Origin: Mobula hypostoma
Lineage: Eukaryota
Direction: 5' to 3'
Assembly (NCBI RefSeq): GCF_963921235.1
Contig: NC_086101.1
Span: forward strand, 1,798,001-1,862,000
DNA: 64,000 bases
The translations under genes were made by a program, and so were the position numbers. Below the pieces are notes generated by a model. That model was not told the DNA's origin. It made no database searches and worked only from the letters and a program-made list of their open reading frames with translations. Positions within the stretch are counted from its first letter, which is position 1. Each line of letters begins with the position of its first letter. Below, piece after piece: positions 46,340-58,664 of the stretch.

Positions 46340-48090
46340 TGGTGATCTGAGAAATCTCGCTGTTCTTGGATTAGGAAATAGCGATGAGCATGGGGATCCT
46401 GAGGTACAGATGCATGGTTGCGGAGAAGTGCTCACGCGTGTTGGTAAGGTAGTGAAGAAGCACAGACATACTGGCTTCATTAGTAGATGCGCTGAGCCAA
46501 GGGCCGGGAAGTTCTGTTACAGCTTTATAGAACTCCACTTAACCTATATTTAGAGCTTTGCATTCCATTCTGGTTGCCCCTTTATAAGAAGGATGGGGGT
46601 GCAGAGGAGGGTGTACTATGCAGAGGGGTCTGACAATCTGAGGCTGTTTTCTCCAGAGGGGTGGCAACTAGGGAGATACTTAACGGGAGGGTATAAAATT
46701 GTAGAAGCATTGGATAGAGTAGACGGTCCGTTTCTTATTCCCAGCGTGGGAGGCCATGCAGTTAAGGTGAAAGGGGCATGTAGTTAAGGATGTGCGAGGT
46801 AGAATTTGTTTTACACTGGGTGAACTGCACTGCCAGGAGTGATGGTGGAATCAGAGAGGAGTTTTTAGAAGACATTTACGTAGATAGGCACGTGATCGTG
46901 CAGTGAACATGTAGTCAGAGGGGTTCGGTTAATTAGTTCAGCATCAGCTGGTGTGCCAAAGGGTCTACCTTGTGCTGTATTATCCAACGTTTAAACACAA
47001 AGTAATTAATGAGTAACACAGAATCCGTGGAGAAGCTTGAGAGTGGTTGAAGATGGTTGTCTCTCTGACTGGATGCTTGTGTCTAGTGGTATGCTGGAGG
47101 GACTGGTGCTGGGTCAGTTGTTGTTTGTCATCTGTATCAATGTTCTGGGTGATAATGTGGTTAACGGGATCAGCAAATTTGTGGATGGCACTAAGATGGG
47201 GATGTAGTGGACAGTGAGGAAGCCTATCAAAGCTTGCTGTGGGATCTGGACCTGCTCAGCAGATGGGATTTAATGCAGACAAGTGTGAGGTGTTGCACTT
47301 TGGGAGAATAGGACTTGTACAGTAAATGGTAGGGCACAGAGGAGGTTGGTAGAACGAAGGATCTGGGAATACAAATCCAGAATTTCTTGAAACTGGTGTC
47401 TTATGTAAATGGAGTCGTAAAGAGAGCTCTTGGCTTATAAGCCTTCATAAATCAAAGTATTGAGCATAAAAGTTGGGATGTTATGTTGAAGTTGGTGAGG
47501 CCTAATTTGGAGTATTGTTTGAAGTTTTGGTCACCTACCTACAGGAAAGATGTAAATAAGATTGAATGAGCGCAGAGAAATTTTATAAGGATGTTGCTGG
47601 GACTTGAGGTCCTGAGTTACACTGAAAAAATAAACAGGTTAGGACTGCGTCCTTTATAAAGTAGAAGACTGAGAGGAGATTTGATAGAGGTATACAAAAT
47701 TGAGGTGTATAGATTGGGTAAATATAAGCAGACATTTCCCACTGAGGTTAGGTGAGACTACACGACTAGTCCCATGGGTTAGGGGTGAGACTACACGTCT
47801 AGTCCCCTGGGTTAGGGGTGAGACTACACGACTAGTCCCCTGGGTTAGGGGTGAGTCTACACAACTAGTCCCATGGGTTGGGGTGAGTCCACACAGCTAG
47901 TCCCATGGGTTGGGGTGAAAGGTGAAATGTTTAAGGGGAACATGAGGGGAAACGTTTTCACTCAGCGTGGAACGAGCTACCAGCGTAGGTACTGGATGTG
48001 GGTTCAATTTCAACATTTAAGAGAAGTTTGGATAGGTACATGGATGGTGGGGGTTTGGAGGGCTATGTTCAGGGTAGAGCTCGATTAAAG
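46340..48090 (+). mobile_element. Two old CR1 3' fragments
   Basis: Decayed RT and C-terminal motifs at ~46340-46990 and ~47030-48090. Confidence 0.7.
47751..47917 (+). repeat. 33-bp minisatellite, about 5 units, expanded inside a CR1
   Basis: Unit GGTGAGACTACACGACTAGTCCCATGGGTTAGG (reads RGETTRLVPWV), derived from the CR1 GETRTRGH segment. Confidence 0.85.
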
Positions 48091-48452
48091 TTTAGAATAA
48101 AAAATAATCTATCTTTCTGAAGGAATTTGGCAGGATAGATGCTGAGAACTTGCAGATCCTCTTGATATGAAACGTTGGCTATTTAAGATGAAGAATTGTT
48201 CATCTCTGAAAGTCTGTATTCCCAAGAGTTATGTGGACTGAAACACAATTGGTATTATAGGCTGGGAGAGGTAGATTTTTGGATTACAAGGAAGTGGCAG
48301 GTTAGGGCAGGAGGCAGGAAAATGGAGCAGATTTCTACAGGCATTTGATCAACTCATAGCTTGTGTTTCATTCAACATCTTGCCAAAATTCAGTGCAGTG
48401 TTTAGGGAGTGTCAACTTAATCCTGGAAATCAAATTTTTTTCCAGGCTTTGC

Positions 48453-49295
48453 ATAGAACATAGAAATCTACAGCACATTACCGGCCCTTCAGCCCACAGT
48501 GTTGTGCTGACCATGTCACCTACTCTAGAGACTGGCTAGAATTGCCCTAGCGCGTAGTCCTCTATTTCTCTAAGCTCCATGTACCTATCTAAGAGTCACT
48601 TAAAAGACCCTATTGTATCCACCTCCATCTCCATCGACAGCAGAGCATTCCGAGCACCCAGCAATCTGTGTGGAAAAACTTATCTCTGACGTCTCCACTG
48701 TACCTATTTCCAAGCACCTTAAAACTATGCCCCCTCGTGTTAACCATTTCAGCTCTGGGAGAAAGCCTCTGACTATCCACACGATCAACGCCCCTCATCA
48801 TTTTTTACACCTCTATCAGGCCACCTCTCATCCTTCGCTGCTCCAAGGAGAAAAGAAGGGGGATGTCAGAGGTAAGTTTTCCACACAGAGAGTGGTGGGT
48901 GCTCGGAATGCTCTGCCGGTGACGGTGGTAGAGGCGGATACAATAGGGTCACTCAACCTATTCTCATAAGGCATGCTCTCCAATCCAGGCAACATCCTTG
49001 TAAATCTCCTCTGTACTCTCTCGATAGTATCCACATCCTTCCTGTAGTGAGGTGACCAGAACTGAACACAGTACTCCAAGTGGGGTCTAACTAAGGTCTT
49101 GTATAGCTGTAACATTACCTCATGGCTCTTGAGTTCAGTCCCATGGTTGATGAATGCCAACTCACCATACGCCTTCTTAACAACACTGTCAACCTGCGCA
49201 GCAGCTTTGAGTGTCCTATCAACACCAATCCCAAGATCTCACTGATCCTCCACACTGCCAAGAGTCTTACCATCAATATTATATTCTGTCTTCAA
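48453..49295 (-). mobile_element. CR1 3' fragment containing an inverted internal piece (~48855-48950)
   Basis: ORF 48828-49160 (RPHLEYCVQFW); ends ~50 nt upstream of the exon D acceptor. Confidence 0.85.
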
Positions 49296-49345
49296 ATTGC
49301 TCAATAAAATCCTCATTTCACACATTTATTCCTGTCTCTTTCCAG

Positions 49346-49474
49346 ACTATTCCTCAACATACAAAAGTATTGAAGGCTCGGTATCTTTCTTGGTGCTGGC
49401 AATGATGGCTTATCTTCTACTGATTTACCTGCAAGCTGAAAATCCACTCAAAAGATCATTTTTGTTGAAGAAAT
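49346..49474 (+). CDS. Host gene exon D: transmembrane helix 3 (129 nt, phase 1-1)
   Basis: Acceptor tttattcctgtctctttccAG, donor T|GTAAGT. In frame (A+AC=Asn): NYSSTYKSIEGSVSFLVLAMMAYLLLIYLQAENPLKRSFLLKK. Sits in a small island of non-repeat DNA. Confidence 0.75.
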
Positions 49475-49691
49475 GTAAGTGTTAATGTTTGAATGATGTA
49501 GCTTCTCTCCAGCTCTTCACTCAGATCTCACTATTCTGGTGGGGTGTGTGAGAAATCCACCCAAAGACAAATATGGGAGGGAATGATTTTAATCTTCAAA
49601 GAGTCAAAGTACATTTATTATCACAGTAGGCATGCAATACGCAACCCTGAGATTTGTCTTCCCACGGTCACAAGAGAGAGAAAACCAAGTA

Positions 49692-49849
49692 ACACACACA
49701 CGCACACACACACACACACACGCGCACACACACGCGCACACGCACATGCACACGCACACACGCACGCACACACGCGCACACGCGCACACGCACATGCACA
49801 CGCACACACGCACGCACACACGCGCACACGCACGCACACACATACACAC
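49692..49849. repeat. Compound (CA)n/(CG) microsatellite
   Basis: Alternating purine-pyrimidine run of about 160 bp. Confidence 0.95.
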
Positions 49850-50150
49850 AAAGTGCTGAAAGATCTCAGCAGGCTGGGCAGCAACTATGGAAAAGAGTAC
49901 AGTCGAAACCCTTCATCAGGACTGGTGAGAAAAGATGTCGGAGTAAGAAGGTGTGGGGAGGGGAGGAAGAAGTACAAAGTAGTGGGTAATAGGTGAAACC
50001 AGGGGAGTATAAAGTGAAGTAAAGGGAGGAAGTTGATCGATGAAAGAGATAAGTGGCTGGAGAAGGGGGAATCTGATAGGAGAGAACAGAAGACTACGGA
50101 AGAAAGGGAATGGGGAGGAACGCCAGAGGGAAGTGATGGGCAAGTAAGGA
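49850..50150 (-). mobile_element. PLE terminal repeat remnant
   Basis: CCAGTCCTGATGAAGGGTTTCGACT, a deleted hammerhead, on the minus strand. Confidence 0.65.
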
Positions 50151-50289
50151 TTCTCAACTTCCAGCAAGATGGCAGTACGACTGGTCACAGCAACTTCTAT
50201 GGGGTCAACAAAAGGTGGATGTTATTGTTCCGTTTAAATGTGCATCTAATGTTCGCTACATCCAGCTATACACTAAGAAATCAAAAGAC

Positions 50290-51330
50290 AGCACCAGCTT
50301 TACTTTATACTTTATTGTCGCCAAACAATTGATACTAGAACGTACAGTCATCAGAGCAATACCTGATTCTGTGCTTCGCACTCCCTGGAGTACAAATCGA
50401 TTGTAAATATTAAAAGTTTAAATTATAAATCGTAAATAGAAAATAGAAAAGGGAAAGTAAGGTACTGCAAAAAAACCAAGAGGCAGGTCCGGATATTTGG
50501 AGAGTACAGCCCAGATCCGGGTCAAGATCCGTTCAGCAGTCTTATCACAGTTGGAAAGAAGCTGTTCCTAAATCTGGCCATACGAGTGTTCAAGCTCCTG
50601 AACCTTCTCCCGGAGGGAAGAGGGACAAAAAGTGTGTTGGCTGGGTAGGTCGTGTCCTTGATTATCCTGGCAGCACTGCTCCGACAGCGTGCAGTGTAAA
50701 GTGAGTCCAAGGACGGAAGATTGGTTTGTGTGATGTGCTGGGCTGTGTTCACGATCTTCTGCAGCTTCTTCCGGTCTTGGACAGGACAACTTCCATACCA
50801 GGTTGTGATGCACCCTAGAAGAATGCTTTCTACGGTGCATCTATAAAAATTAGTGAGGCTTTTAGGGGACAGGCCAAATTTCTTTAGTTTTCTCAGGAAG
50901 TAAAGGCGCTGGTGGGCCTTCTTGGCAGTGAACTCTGCTTGGTTGGACCAAGTCAGGTCATTTGTGATATTGACCCCGAGGAACTTAAAGCTTTTGACCC
51001 GTTCCACTTGCACACCACCGATGTAAATGGGGTCATGCTGTCCGCTACTCCTTCTGAAGTCAACAACCAATTCCTTCGTCTTGCTGACATTGAGGGATAG
51101 GTTGTCTTCGCACCATGCCACCAGGTTCTTAATTTCCTCTCTGTACTCAAACTCATCATTACCCAAGATACGGCCTACAATTGTGGTGACATCAGCAAAC
51201 TTATATATTGAGTTCGATGGAAACTTGGCTACACAACCATGGGTGTACAGTGAGTACAGCAGGGGGCTGAGTACACAGCCTTGTGGGGCACCGGTGCTCA
51301 GAGTGATTGTGGAGGAGAGCTTGTCCCCTA
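50290..51330 (-). mobile_element. Rex1/Babar-type LINE 3' fragment
   Basis: ORF 50522-51166: LSLNVSKTKELVVDFRR, FKFLGV, KKAHQRLYFLRKL, LPSGRRFRS, RFRNSFFP; GAPQGCVLSP upstream. Confidence 0.88.
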
Positions 51331-51999
51331 TTTATAATGAAGGAACTGAGCAGTGTGCTGCCTGAGTCGATGAAGGGTTACGGTCACTTTTCTTCTGATA
51401 GCAAGACCCCTTTGGACACCGTTAATCCACTACGCTGCAAGTTGGGTTCACAGGGGCGGATGGAGAGGGCCTAGCCCTCGGTCATGGCGAGGATAATCCT
51501 GAAGCCATGGTTCACCCATCTGCAGCCGTTCAGAGTGAAGGGATGAAAGCCATTGCACTTCACCGGGGTCGGTGAGTCACAATGTCCAGACCGGATTTGG
51601 AGGTGCCTTCCCAGACTTTCACTTGGCAGAAGGCCGACTGCAGATTTTCTAGCGGCACTCGAGGGGACTGGGGCCTCAAGCCGCACTGTCGCTTGCTTTC
51701 AGCCGCTGGAGGGGAGGCGTTCGAGCATTCGCTCTCTACCGGGGCTGGCGCTGCACATTTGTGGTGACTGGAGATTTAAAATGGACTGAGGAGGCTGGTC
51801 TGTACACATATACGGTATGTTTGGATGTGTTTTACTGATATTCTACATGTGCTTGTTTGTGCGAGGACTAGGCCTCAAAGCCACGGCTTCGTCAGCAGGA
51901 GTCAGACATCGGGGTCTGGTCTCCAGGTACGCTGTATCGTTCGGCTATATTCATGAGCAGTTAAATGTCAATTAAGCTTGAATAGAATTGAGATAAGAG

Positions 52000-54900
52000 G
52001 GAAATGAGAACGGGGAATGGTGAAGGGGGTGGGAGCAATGTCGAAAGTTTGAGAAATGGATGTTCATGCCATCAGGCTGGAGGCCGCTCAGAATATATTG
52101 TGTTGCTCCTCCAACCCGAGTGTGTCCTCATCGTGCAACAGAGGCGGCCTCGGACTGATGTGTGGGAATGGGAAGCAGAATTAAAGTGGGTGGCCACCGG
52201 GAGATCGGCTTTTCCTGGGAGGTGCTTGGCGAAGAGGTCTCCCCATGTGCGTCAGGTCTCACCGATATACAGGAGGCCACACCGGGAGCACTGGATACAA
52301 TAGTTGACTCCAACAGACTGACTAGTGAAGTGCTGCCCCCCCTGAATTGACTGCTTGGGGCCCTGAATGGTAGTGAGGGAGGAGGTGTAGCACTCATTCC
52401 ACTTGCCCTGATAAGTACCAGGAGGGAGATCACTTCGCTGAGCACCTATGCTCTGTCCTTTATCTCTCTCACCAATCAACTTTCCAGCTCTTTACTTCAC
52501 CCCTCCCCCACTCCCGGATTGACATATCACCTATTGCCTTGTATTTCTTCCTCCCCTCCCCCCACCTTCTTACTCTGACTTCTCATCGTTTTTCTCCGGT
52601 TCTGAAGAATCATCTTGGCACAAAACCTCACCTGTTTAGTATTTCCCATAGCTGCTGCCCTGGCCCTACTGAGTTCTTCCAGCATCTTGTGTGCTTTGCT
52701 TGGATTTCCAGCGTCTGCAGATTTTCTCTTGTTTACTACACTGCAAAGTTCTTCCAGGGATGCCTGCCCTGAAGAATTTGCAATCTTCCCTTCGGGAGTT
52801 AAGAGAAACCCTCTCTCACTGCTCCCTGTCTGCTGCCCTCTGATCCTTTGACCATGTGCTCACCCTTCCTGGGAACGCGTCTTCGCCGCCATCTTGTGCC
52901 ACGTGGTTACTAGATCTGTTTTCAGCCTTCTCCATTTGGACACTCTGAGAAGCCCAGGTACTCGCATTCAAACCACTGCATCTCCCACCGTGTTCCTCAC
53001 AGCACGCTTTCCGCCATTGGGAGGAACGTGGTGTCCCTAATCCGGTGCTTCCACATCTCCGGGATTCTCTCTCCGCCGTCTGCTCCTTTATCCTCCACCG
53101 GATCCACGCTTTCAATCGCCGGGTCTTTGCCCTTCTCACATCCAGCAAGGATCGGAAGCTCGCCTATCTACAGAGTACAGAACTTGCCGTCTCCAACCCG
53201 GACTCCACCACCAACAACCCCAGACACCTTCAAAGTGCCTATTATGGAACCTCCAACCCCGACTGCAGCCGAGACTGACGGCACCTCTGGGCCAGGACTT
53301 TACACACTACTGCAGGGGCCCCAGTGTTCCCTTCCCCAAATTCCCTGTCTCGGAGATTCTATCTTCCTCTCACCCCACCTTCCCTGAACACACAACCCTC
53401 TTCCCTCCTCAGACACTACCAACCCCCTTCCTCCCACCCCCAGTCCCAGCTCTCATCTGTGCTGGGCCTTCACCATCCCCTCGAAGGCAGGACGTTCTGT
53501 CCTCAGTAAGGGTATCACCTTTGCCCCCCTACACCCACAACTCAGCTCCACACCCGCCATGACACTGGGCTCTTTTTTCTGCTGCCTCCATCTTCCAGCC
53601 TATTTCTCTGGCAAGGACTCTCCAGCCCACACCAATGACCCCTTCTCACATCTTCAACGCTCCTCCTCTTCCTGGACACCCCACTCTGCTCTTCTGCCTG
53701 CTCTGGATCTTTTAAGACCATAAGTTATAGGAGAAGAATTGGGCCATTTGGTCCATCGACTCTGCTCCATCATTTTATTGTGGATGATCCATTTTTCCTC
53801 TCTGCCCCAATCTCCTGCCTCCCCTTCTCTCCCCCCACCCCCCCACATGCCCTTTCATGCTATTCCAAGAGTCTGTCAATATACTATACAAAAAGACTTT
53901 GCCTCCTGTGGCAACAAATTCCATCACTCTCTGGCTAAAGAAGTTCTTCTCATCTCCATTCTGAAAGACAACCCTCTATCCTGAGGCTTGTCTTCTGGTC
54001 TTCGACACTCCCACCATAGGGAACATCCTCTCTACGTCCACTGTATTGAGGCCTTTTATCATTCGATAGGTTCCAATTAGGTCACCCCTCATTTTTCAGA
54101 ATCCCAGTGAATACCAGCCCAGAGCTGTAAAATTCTCTTCACATGACAAGCCATTCAATCCTGGAATAATTTTCACGAACCTCCTTCGAACCCTCTCCAG
54201 TTTCAGCATGTCCTTTCTAAGATAAATGGCCCAAACCTGCTCAAGGTGCTCTGTGAGGCCTCACCGGTGCTTTGTAAAGTCTCAATGTTACATCCTTGCT
54301 TTTATATTCTATTGCTAACTGCTGATGGGACATCAAATGTCTCAACTTTACCACTCCTCTCTCCAATTTTAACCTCACTCCTTACGAATGCACTGCTCTC
54401 CACTCTCTCCGCACTAATCCTAATGTCACCAGATAAGACCATAAGACTAGGGGTAGAATTAGACCATTTGACACATCGATTCTGCTCCACCATTCAATCA
54501 TGGCTGATCCATTTTTCCCTTCCTCAACCCCATTCCCCACCCTTCTCCCCGTAACCCTTAATGCCATATCCAATTGAGAATCTTTCAATCTCTGCCTTAA
54601 AAACACCCAACGACTGGTACCACAGCTGCCTGTGGTGGTAACAAATTCCACAAACTCACTACATTCTAGCTAAAGAAATTTCTCTGCATCTGTTTTAAAT
54701 GGATGCCCCTCTATCCTGAGGCTGTGCCCCCTTGTCCTAGACTCCCCCACCATGGGAAACATCCTTTTCACATCTACTCTGTCTAGGCCTTTCAACATTC
54801 AAAAGGTTTCATTGAGATCCCCCCCCCCACCCATCCCTCTGAATTCCAGCGAATACAGACACAGAGCCATCAAACGTTCCTCGTATAATAACACCCTTCA

Positions 54901-56830
54901 ATTCCCAGAACCATCCTTGTGAACCTCCTCTGGACCCTCCCCAATGCCAGCACATCTTTTCTATGGTGAGGGGCCCAAAACTGTTCAGAGTACTCAAGGT
55001 GAGACCTCACCAGTGCCTTAGAAAGCCTCAGCATCACATCCTTACTGTTGTATTCTAGACCTCTTGAAATGAATGATAACATTGCATTTGCCTTCCTCAC
55101 CACTGACTCAACCTGCAAGTTAACTTTGAGATTGCTCTGCACAAGGACTCCCAAGTCCCTTTGCTTCTCAGATTCTTGGATTTTCTCCCCATTTAGAAAA
55201 TAGTCTGCACATTTATTTTTGCTACCAAAGTGCATGGTCATGCATTATTTCATTTGCCACTTTCTTGCCAAATCTCCTAATCTGTCTAAGTCCTTCTACA
55301 GCCTTCCTGTTTCCTCAACACTACCTGCCCCTCCACCAATCTTAGAATCATCTGCAAACTTGTCAACAAAGCCATCTATTTCATCACCTAAATCATTTAT
55401 ATACAGCATAAAAAGAAGTGGTCCCAACACCATCCCCTGCAGAACACCACTAGTCACTGGCAGCCTTTCAAAAAAGGATCCTTTTATTCCCACATGCTGC
55501 CTCCTACCAATCAGCCAATGCTCTAACTATGTTAGTAACTTTCCTGTAATACCATGGGCTGTTAACTTGGTAAGCAGCCTCGTGTGTGGCACCTTGTCAA
55601 AGACCTTCTGAAAGTCCAAGTATACAGGATCTACTGCATCCCTTTTATCTATCCTACTTGTCATCTCCTCAAAGAATTCCAACTGGTTCACCAGGCAGGA
55701 CTTTGCCTGAAGGAAACATGCTGACTTTGTTCTATCATGTCCTGTGTCACCATGTACTCCTTAACCTCATCCTTAACAATTGACTCCAACATCTTCCCGA
55801 CCACTGAGGTCAGGCAACTGGTCTATAATTTCCTTCCTGCTGCCTTCCCCCTTTCTTAAAGAGTGGAGTGACATTTGCAATTTTCCAGTCCTCTGGCACC
55901 ATGCCAGAGTCCAATGATTTTTGAAAGATCATTTCTAATGCCACCACAATCTCTAATGCTCCCTCTTTCAGAACCTTAGGGTGCAGTTCATCTGGTCCGG
56001 GTGACGTAAGTACCTTTAGGTCTTTTGGCTTTTTGAGCACCTTCTCTCTTGTAACAGTAACTGCACTCACTTCTCTTCCTTCACACATTACAACATCAGG
56101 CATACTGCTAGTGTCTTCCACTGTGAAGACTGATGCAAAATACTCATTTAGTTCATCAGCCATCTCCTTGTCCACCGTTATTATCTCTCCTGCCTCATTT
56201 TGTAGTGGTCTTATATCCACTCTCATCTCTCATTTTTTTGCATACTTGAAAAAGCTTTTACTATCCACTTTGATACTGTTTGCTAGCTTGCTTTCATATT
56301 CATCTTTTCCCTTCTAATGCTTCTTTTAGTTGTTCTCTGTAGGTTATTAAAAGCTTCCCAATCCTCTTATCTTCCTGCTAATTTTTGCTTTGTTATATGC
56401 CCTCTCTTTTGTTTTTACTTTAGCTTTGACTTCCCTTGTCAGCCATGGTTGTACTATTTTGCCATTTGGAATACATCTGAGTTGCTGTAGTCTGGTGGAC
56501 TGACCTCTGCCTTGCTGAGGCCAGGTGACAACTCTCAGACACCACCTCTTACTTACCCCGAGAACAGGAACCCACTGAAGAGCACAAGGCCATTGGCTCC
56601 CACACCATCACTGACCTTATGAACTCTGGGGATCTCCCATCCACTCTCTATGAACCTCGTAGTTCCCTTACCCCATACCTCACATTTCTACTTCCTACCC
56701 AAGATCCACAAACCTGCCTGTCTCGGTAGGCCAGTTGTTTCTGCCTGTTCCTGCCCCACCAAACTTGTATCTGCTTACCTCAACTGTCTTTTATCCCCCC
56801 ACTCCCAGCCAGTTTGGTCCCTCCCTACCT
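52000..56830. mobile_element. Penelope-like element: inverted GIY-YIG piece (52000-52430, minus), pLTR (52440-52735), ORF N-terminus (52735-53710, 54313-54430, 56480-56830, plus), split by CR1 insertions (~53715-54310 and ~54435-56470, minus)
   Basis: CIQCSRCGLLYIGET, FLGTRLRRHLVPRG, VLSKGITFAP, FYFLPKIHKPACLGRPVVSACSCPT. Confidence 0.75.
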
Positions 56831-57400
56831 ACAGGGGCAAGAAAAAGTTTGTGAACCCTGGTTTTCTGCATTAATTACTCATAAAATGTGGTCTGATCTT
56901 CATCTAAGTCACAATAATAGACGAACACAATCTGCCTAAACTAAGTGAGTTTACTGACACAGAGCCTGGGCTTCTCAAGTAAGGTCTCTATATGTGCACC
57001 GTGCCGTGATCAAAACGGCTTTCAGAGGACCTTAGGAAGAAGAACTGTAGAGATGTATGAAGCTGGAAAAGGCTACAAAAGCATTTCTAAATTGTTTACC
57101 AGTCCAGCGTAAGAGAAACTATCTCCAAATGGAGGAAACTCGGTACTGTTGCTACTCGCCCTTGGAATGGGGGTCCTGCAAAGATCACACCAACAGCACA
57201 ATGCTCAATGCTGAAGGAGGTGAAAAGGCACCAAAGGGAACAGCAGAAGACCTGCAGAAATCTCCAGAACTTGCTAAAGTCTCTGTTCATGTGTCCGCCA
57301 TAAGAAAAGCACTGAACAAGAATGGAGGAAACCACTGCTCTCCAAAAAAAACATAGCTGCACATCTCAAGTTTGCAAAAGACCACCTGGATGTACATTTG
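56830..57400 (+). mobile_element. Tc1/mariner remnant
   Basis: TA|CAGGGGCAAGAAAAAGTTTGTGAACCC start; SEDL...YEAGKGYKSISK and VSVHVSAIRKALNKNG transposase remnants. Confidence 0.75.
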
Positions 57401-57837
57401 TGTCACTTAAAACCATAAGACGTAGGAGCAGAATTAGGCCATTCAGCCCATCGAGTCTGCGCTGCCATTCCATCATGGCTGATCCTGGACACATTCAACC
57501 CCATACACCTGCCTTCTTGCCATATCCATATCCTCTGGAAATGATCAACTTCCACCTTAACTGTACTCACAGACTTGGCCTCCACTGCAGAGCATTCCAC
57601 AGATTCACTTCTCTCTGGCTAAAAAAAATTCCTCCTTACCTCTGTTCTAAAGGGTTACCCTTCAATTTTGAGGCTGTGTCCTCTAGTTCTGGATACCCCC
57701 ACTACAGGAAACATCCTCCCCGCATCCACCCTATCTAGTCCTTTCAGTATTCGGTAGGTTTCAGTGAGATCCCCATGCATTCTTCTAAATTGCAGTGAGT
57801 ACAGGCCCAAAGCTGCCAAATGCTCCTCATATCTTAA

Positions 57838-58513
57838 AAACGCAAACACCAGGAAATCTGCAGATGCTGGAAATTCGAGCAACACACAAAAAATGCTGGT
57901 GGAACGCGGCGGGCCAGGCAGCATCTATAGGAAGAGGTACAGTCGACGTTTCGGGCTGAGACCCTTCGTCAGGACTAAGTGAAAGAAGAGATAGTAAGAG
58001 ATTTGAAAGTGGGAGGGGGAGGGGAGATCCGAAGTGATGAAGCCACACTCAGGCTGGAGGAACAACACCTTATATTCCGTCTGGGTAGCCTCCAACCTGG
58101 TGGCATGAACATTGACTTCTCTAACTTCTGTTAATGCCCCTCCTCCCCTTCTTATCCCATCCCTTATTTATTTTTTTCTCTTTTCTTTTTCTCTCTTTTT
58201 TCTCCCTCTGTCCCTCTCAATATATCTTCCTCTGGATTCCCCCCCTCCCCCTTTCTTTCTCCCTAGGCCTCCCGTCCCATGATCCTCTCCCTTCTCCAGC
58301 CTCGTATCCCTTTTGCCAAACAACTTCCCAGCTCTTGGCTCCATCCCTCCCCCTCCTGTCTTCTTCTAACATTTCGGATCTCCCCCTCCCCCTCCCACTT
58401 TCAATTCTCTTACTATCTCTTCTTTCAGTTAGAGCTGACGAAGGGTCTCGGCCCAAAACGTCGACTGTACCTCTTCCGAGAGATGCTGCGTTCCACCAGC
58501 ATTTTGTGTGTGT
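57838..58513. mobile_element. PLE terminal-repeat insertion with inverted 5' part and 17-bp TSD, inside a minus-strand CR1 (~57410-58570)
   Basis: TGCTCCTCATATCTTAA at 57821-57837 and 58514-58530. Hammerheads in opposite orientation at 57941-57976 (minus) and 58431-58466 (plus, GAAA changed to AAAA). Confidence 0.8.
57941..57976 (-). ncRNA. Minimal type I hammerhead ribozyme (PLE type), intact core
   Basis: Minus strand reads AGTC-CTGACGA-AGGGTCTCAGCCC-GAAA-C-GTC-GACT. Confidence 0.8.
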
Positions 58514-58664
58514 TGCTCCTCATATCTTAACCCCTTCGTTCCCAGAATCATCCTCATGAACCACCTCCAATGACAACACATCATACCGAGATGGATGTTG
58601 GAGAGAGTCCAGAGGTGGTTCATGAGGATGATTCTGGGAATGAAGGGGTCAAGATACGAGGAGC

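Noticed and set aside
47751..47917. CRISPR-like spacing of repeats
   Set aside because: Head-to-tail units with no unique spacers, no cas genes, vertebrate context.
22697..49474. Assigning a gene symbol such as CD47, HEPACAM or CD58
   Set aside because: The architecture is suggestive, but I cannot recognise sequence-level orthology. The Ig domain is C2-like rather than the IgV of CD47.
49544..49996. His/Thr/Ala-rich and Cys/Val-rich ORFs
   Set aside because: Translations of the (CA)n/(CG) microsatellite.
51335..51600. Unclassified GC-richer segment after the Rex fragment
   Set aside because: No splice-bounded ORF in frame with exon D and no recognisable motif; probably part of another repeat.
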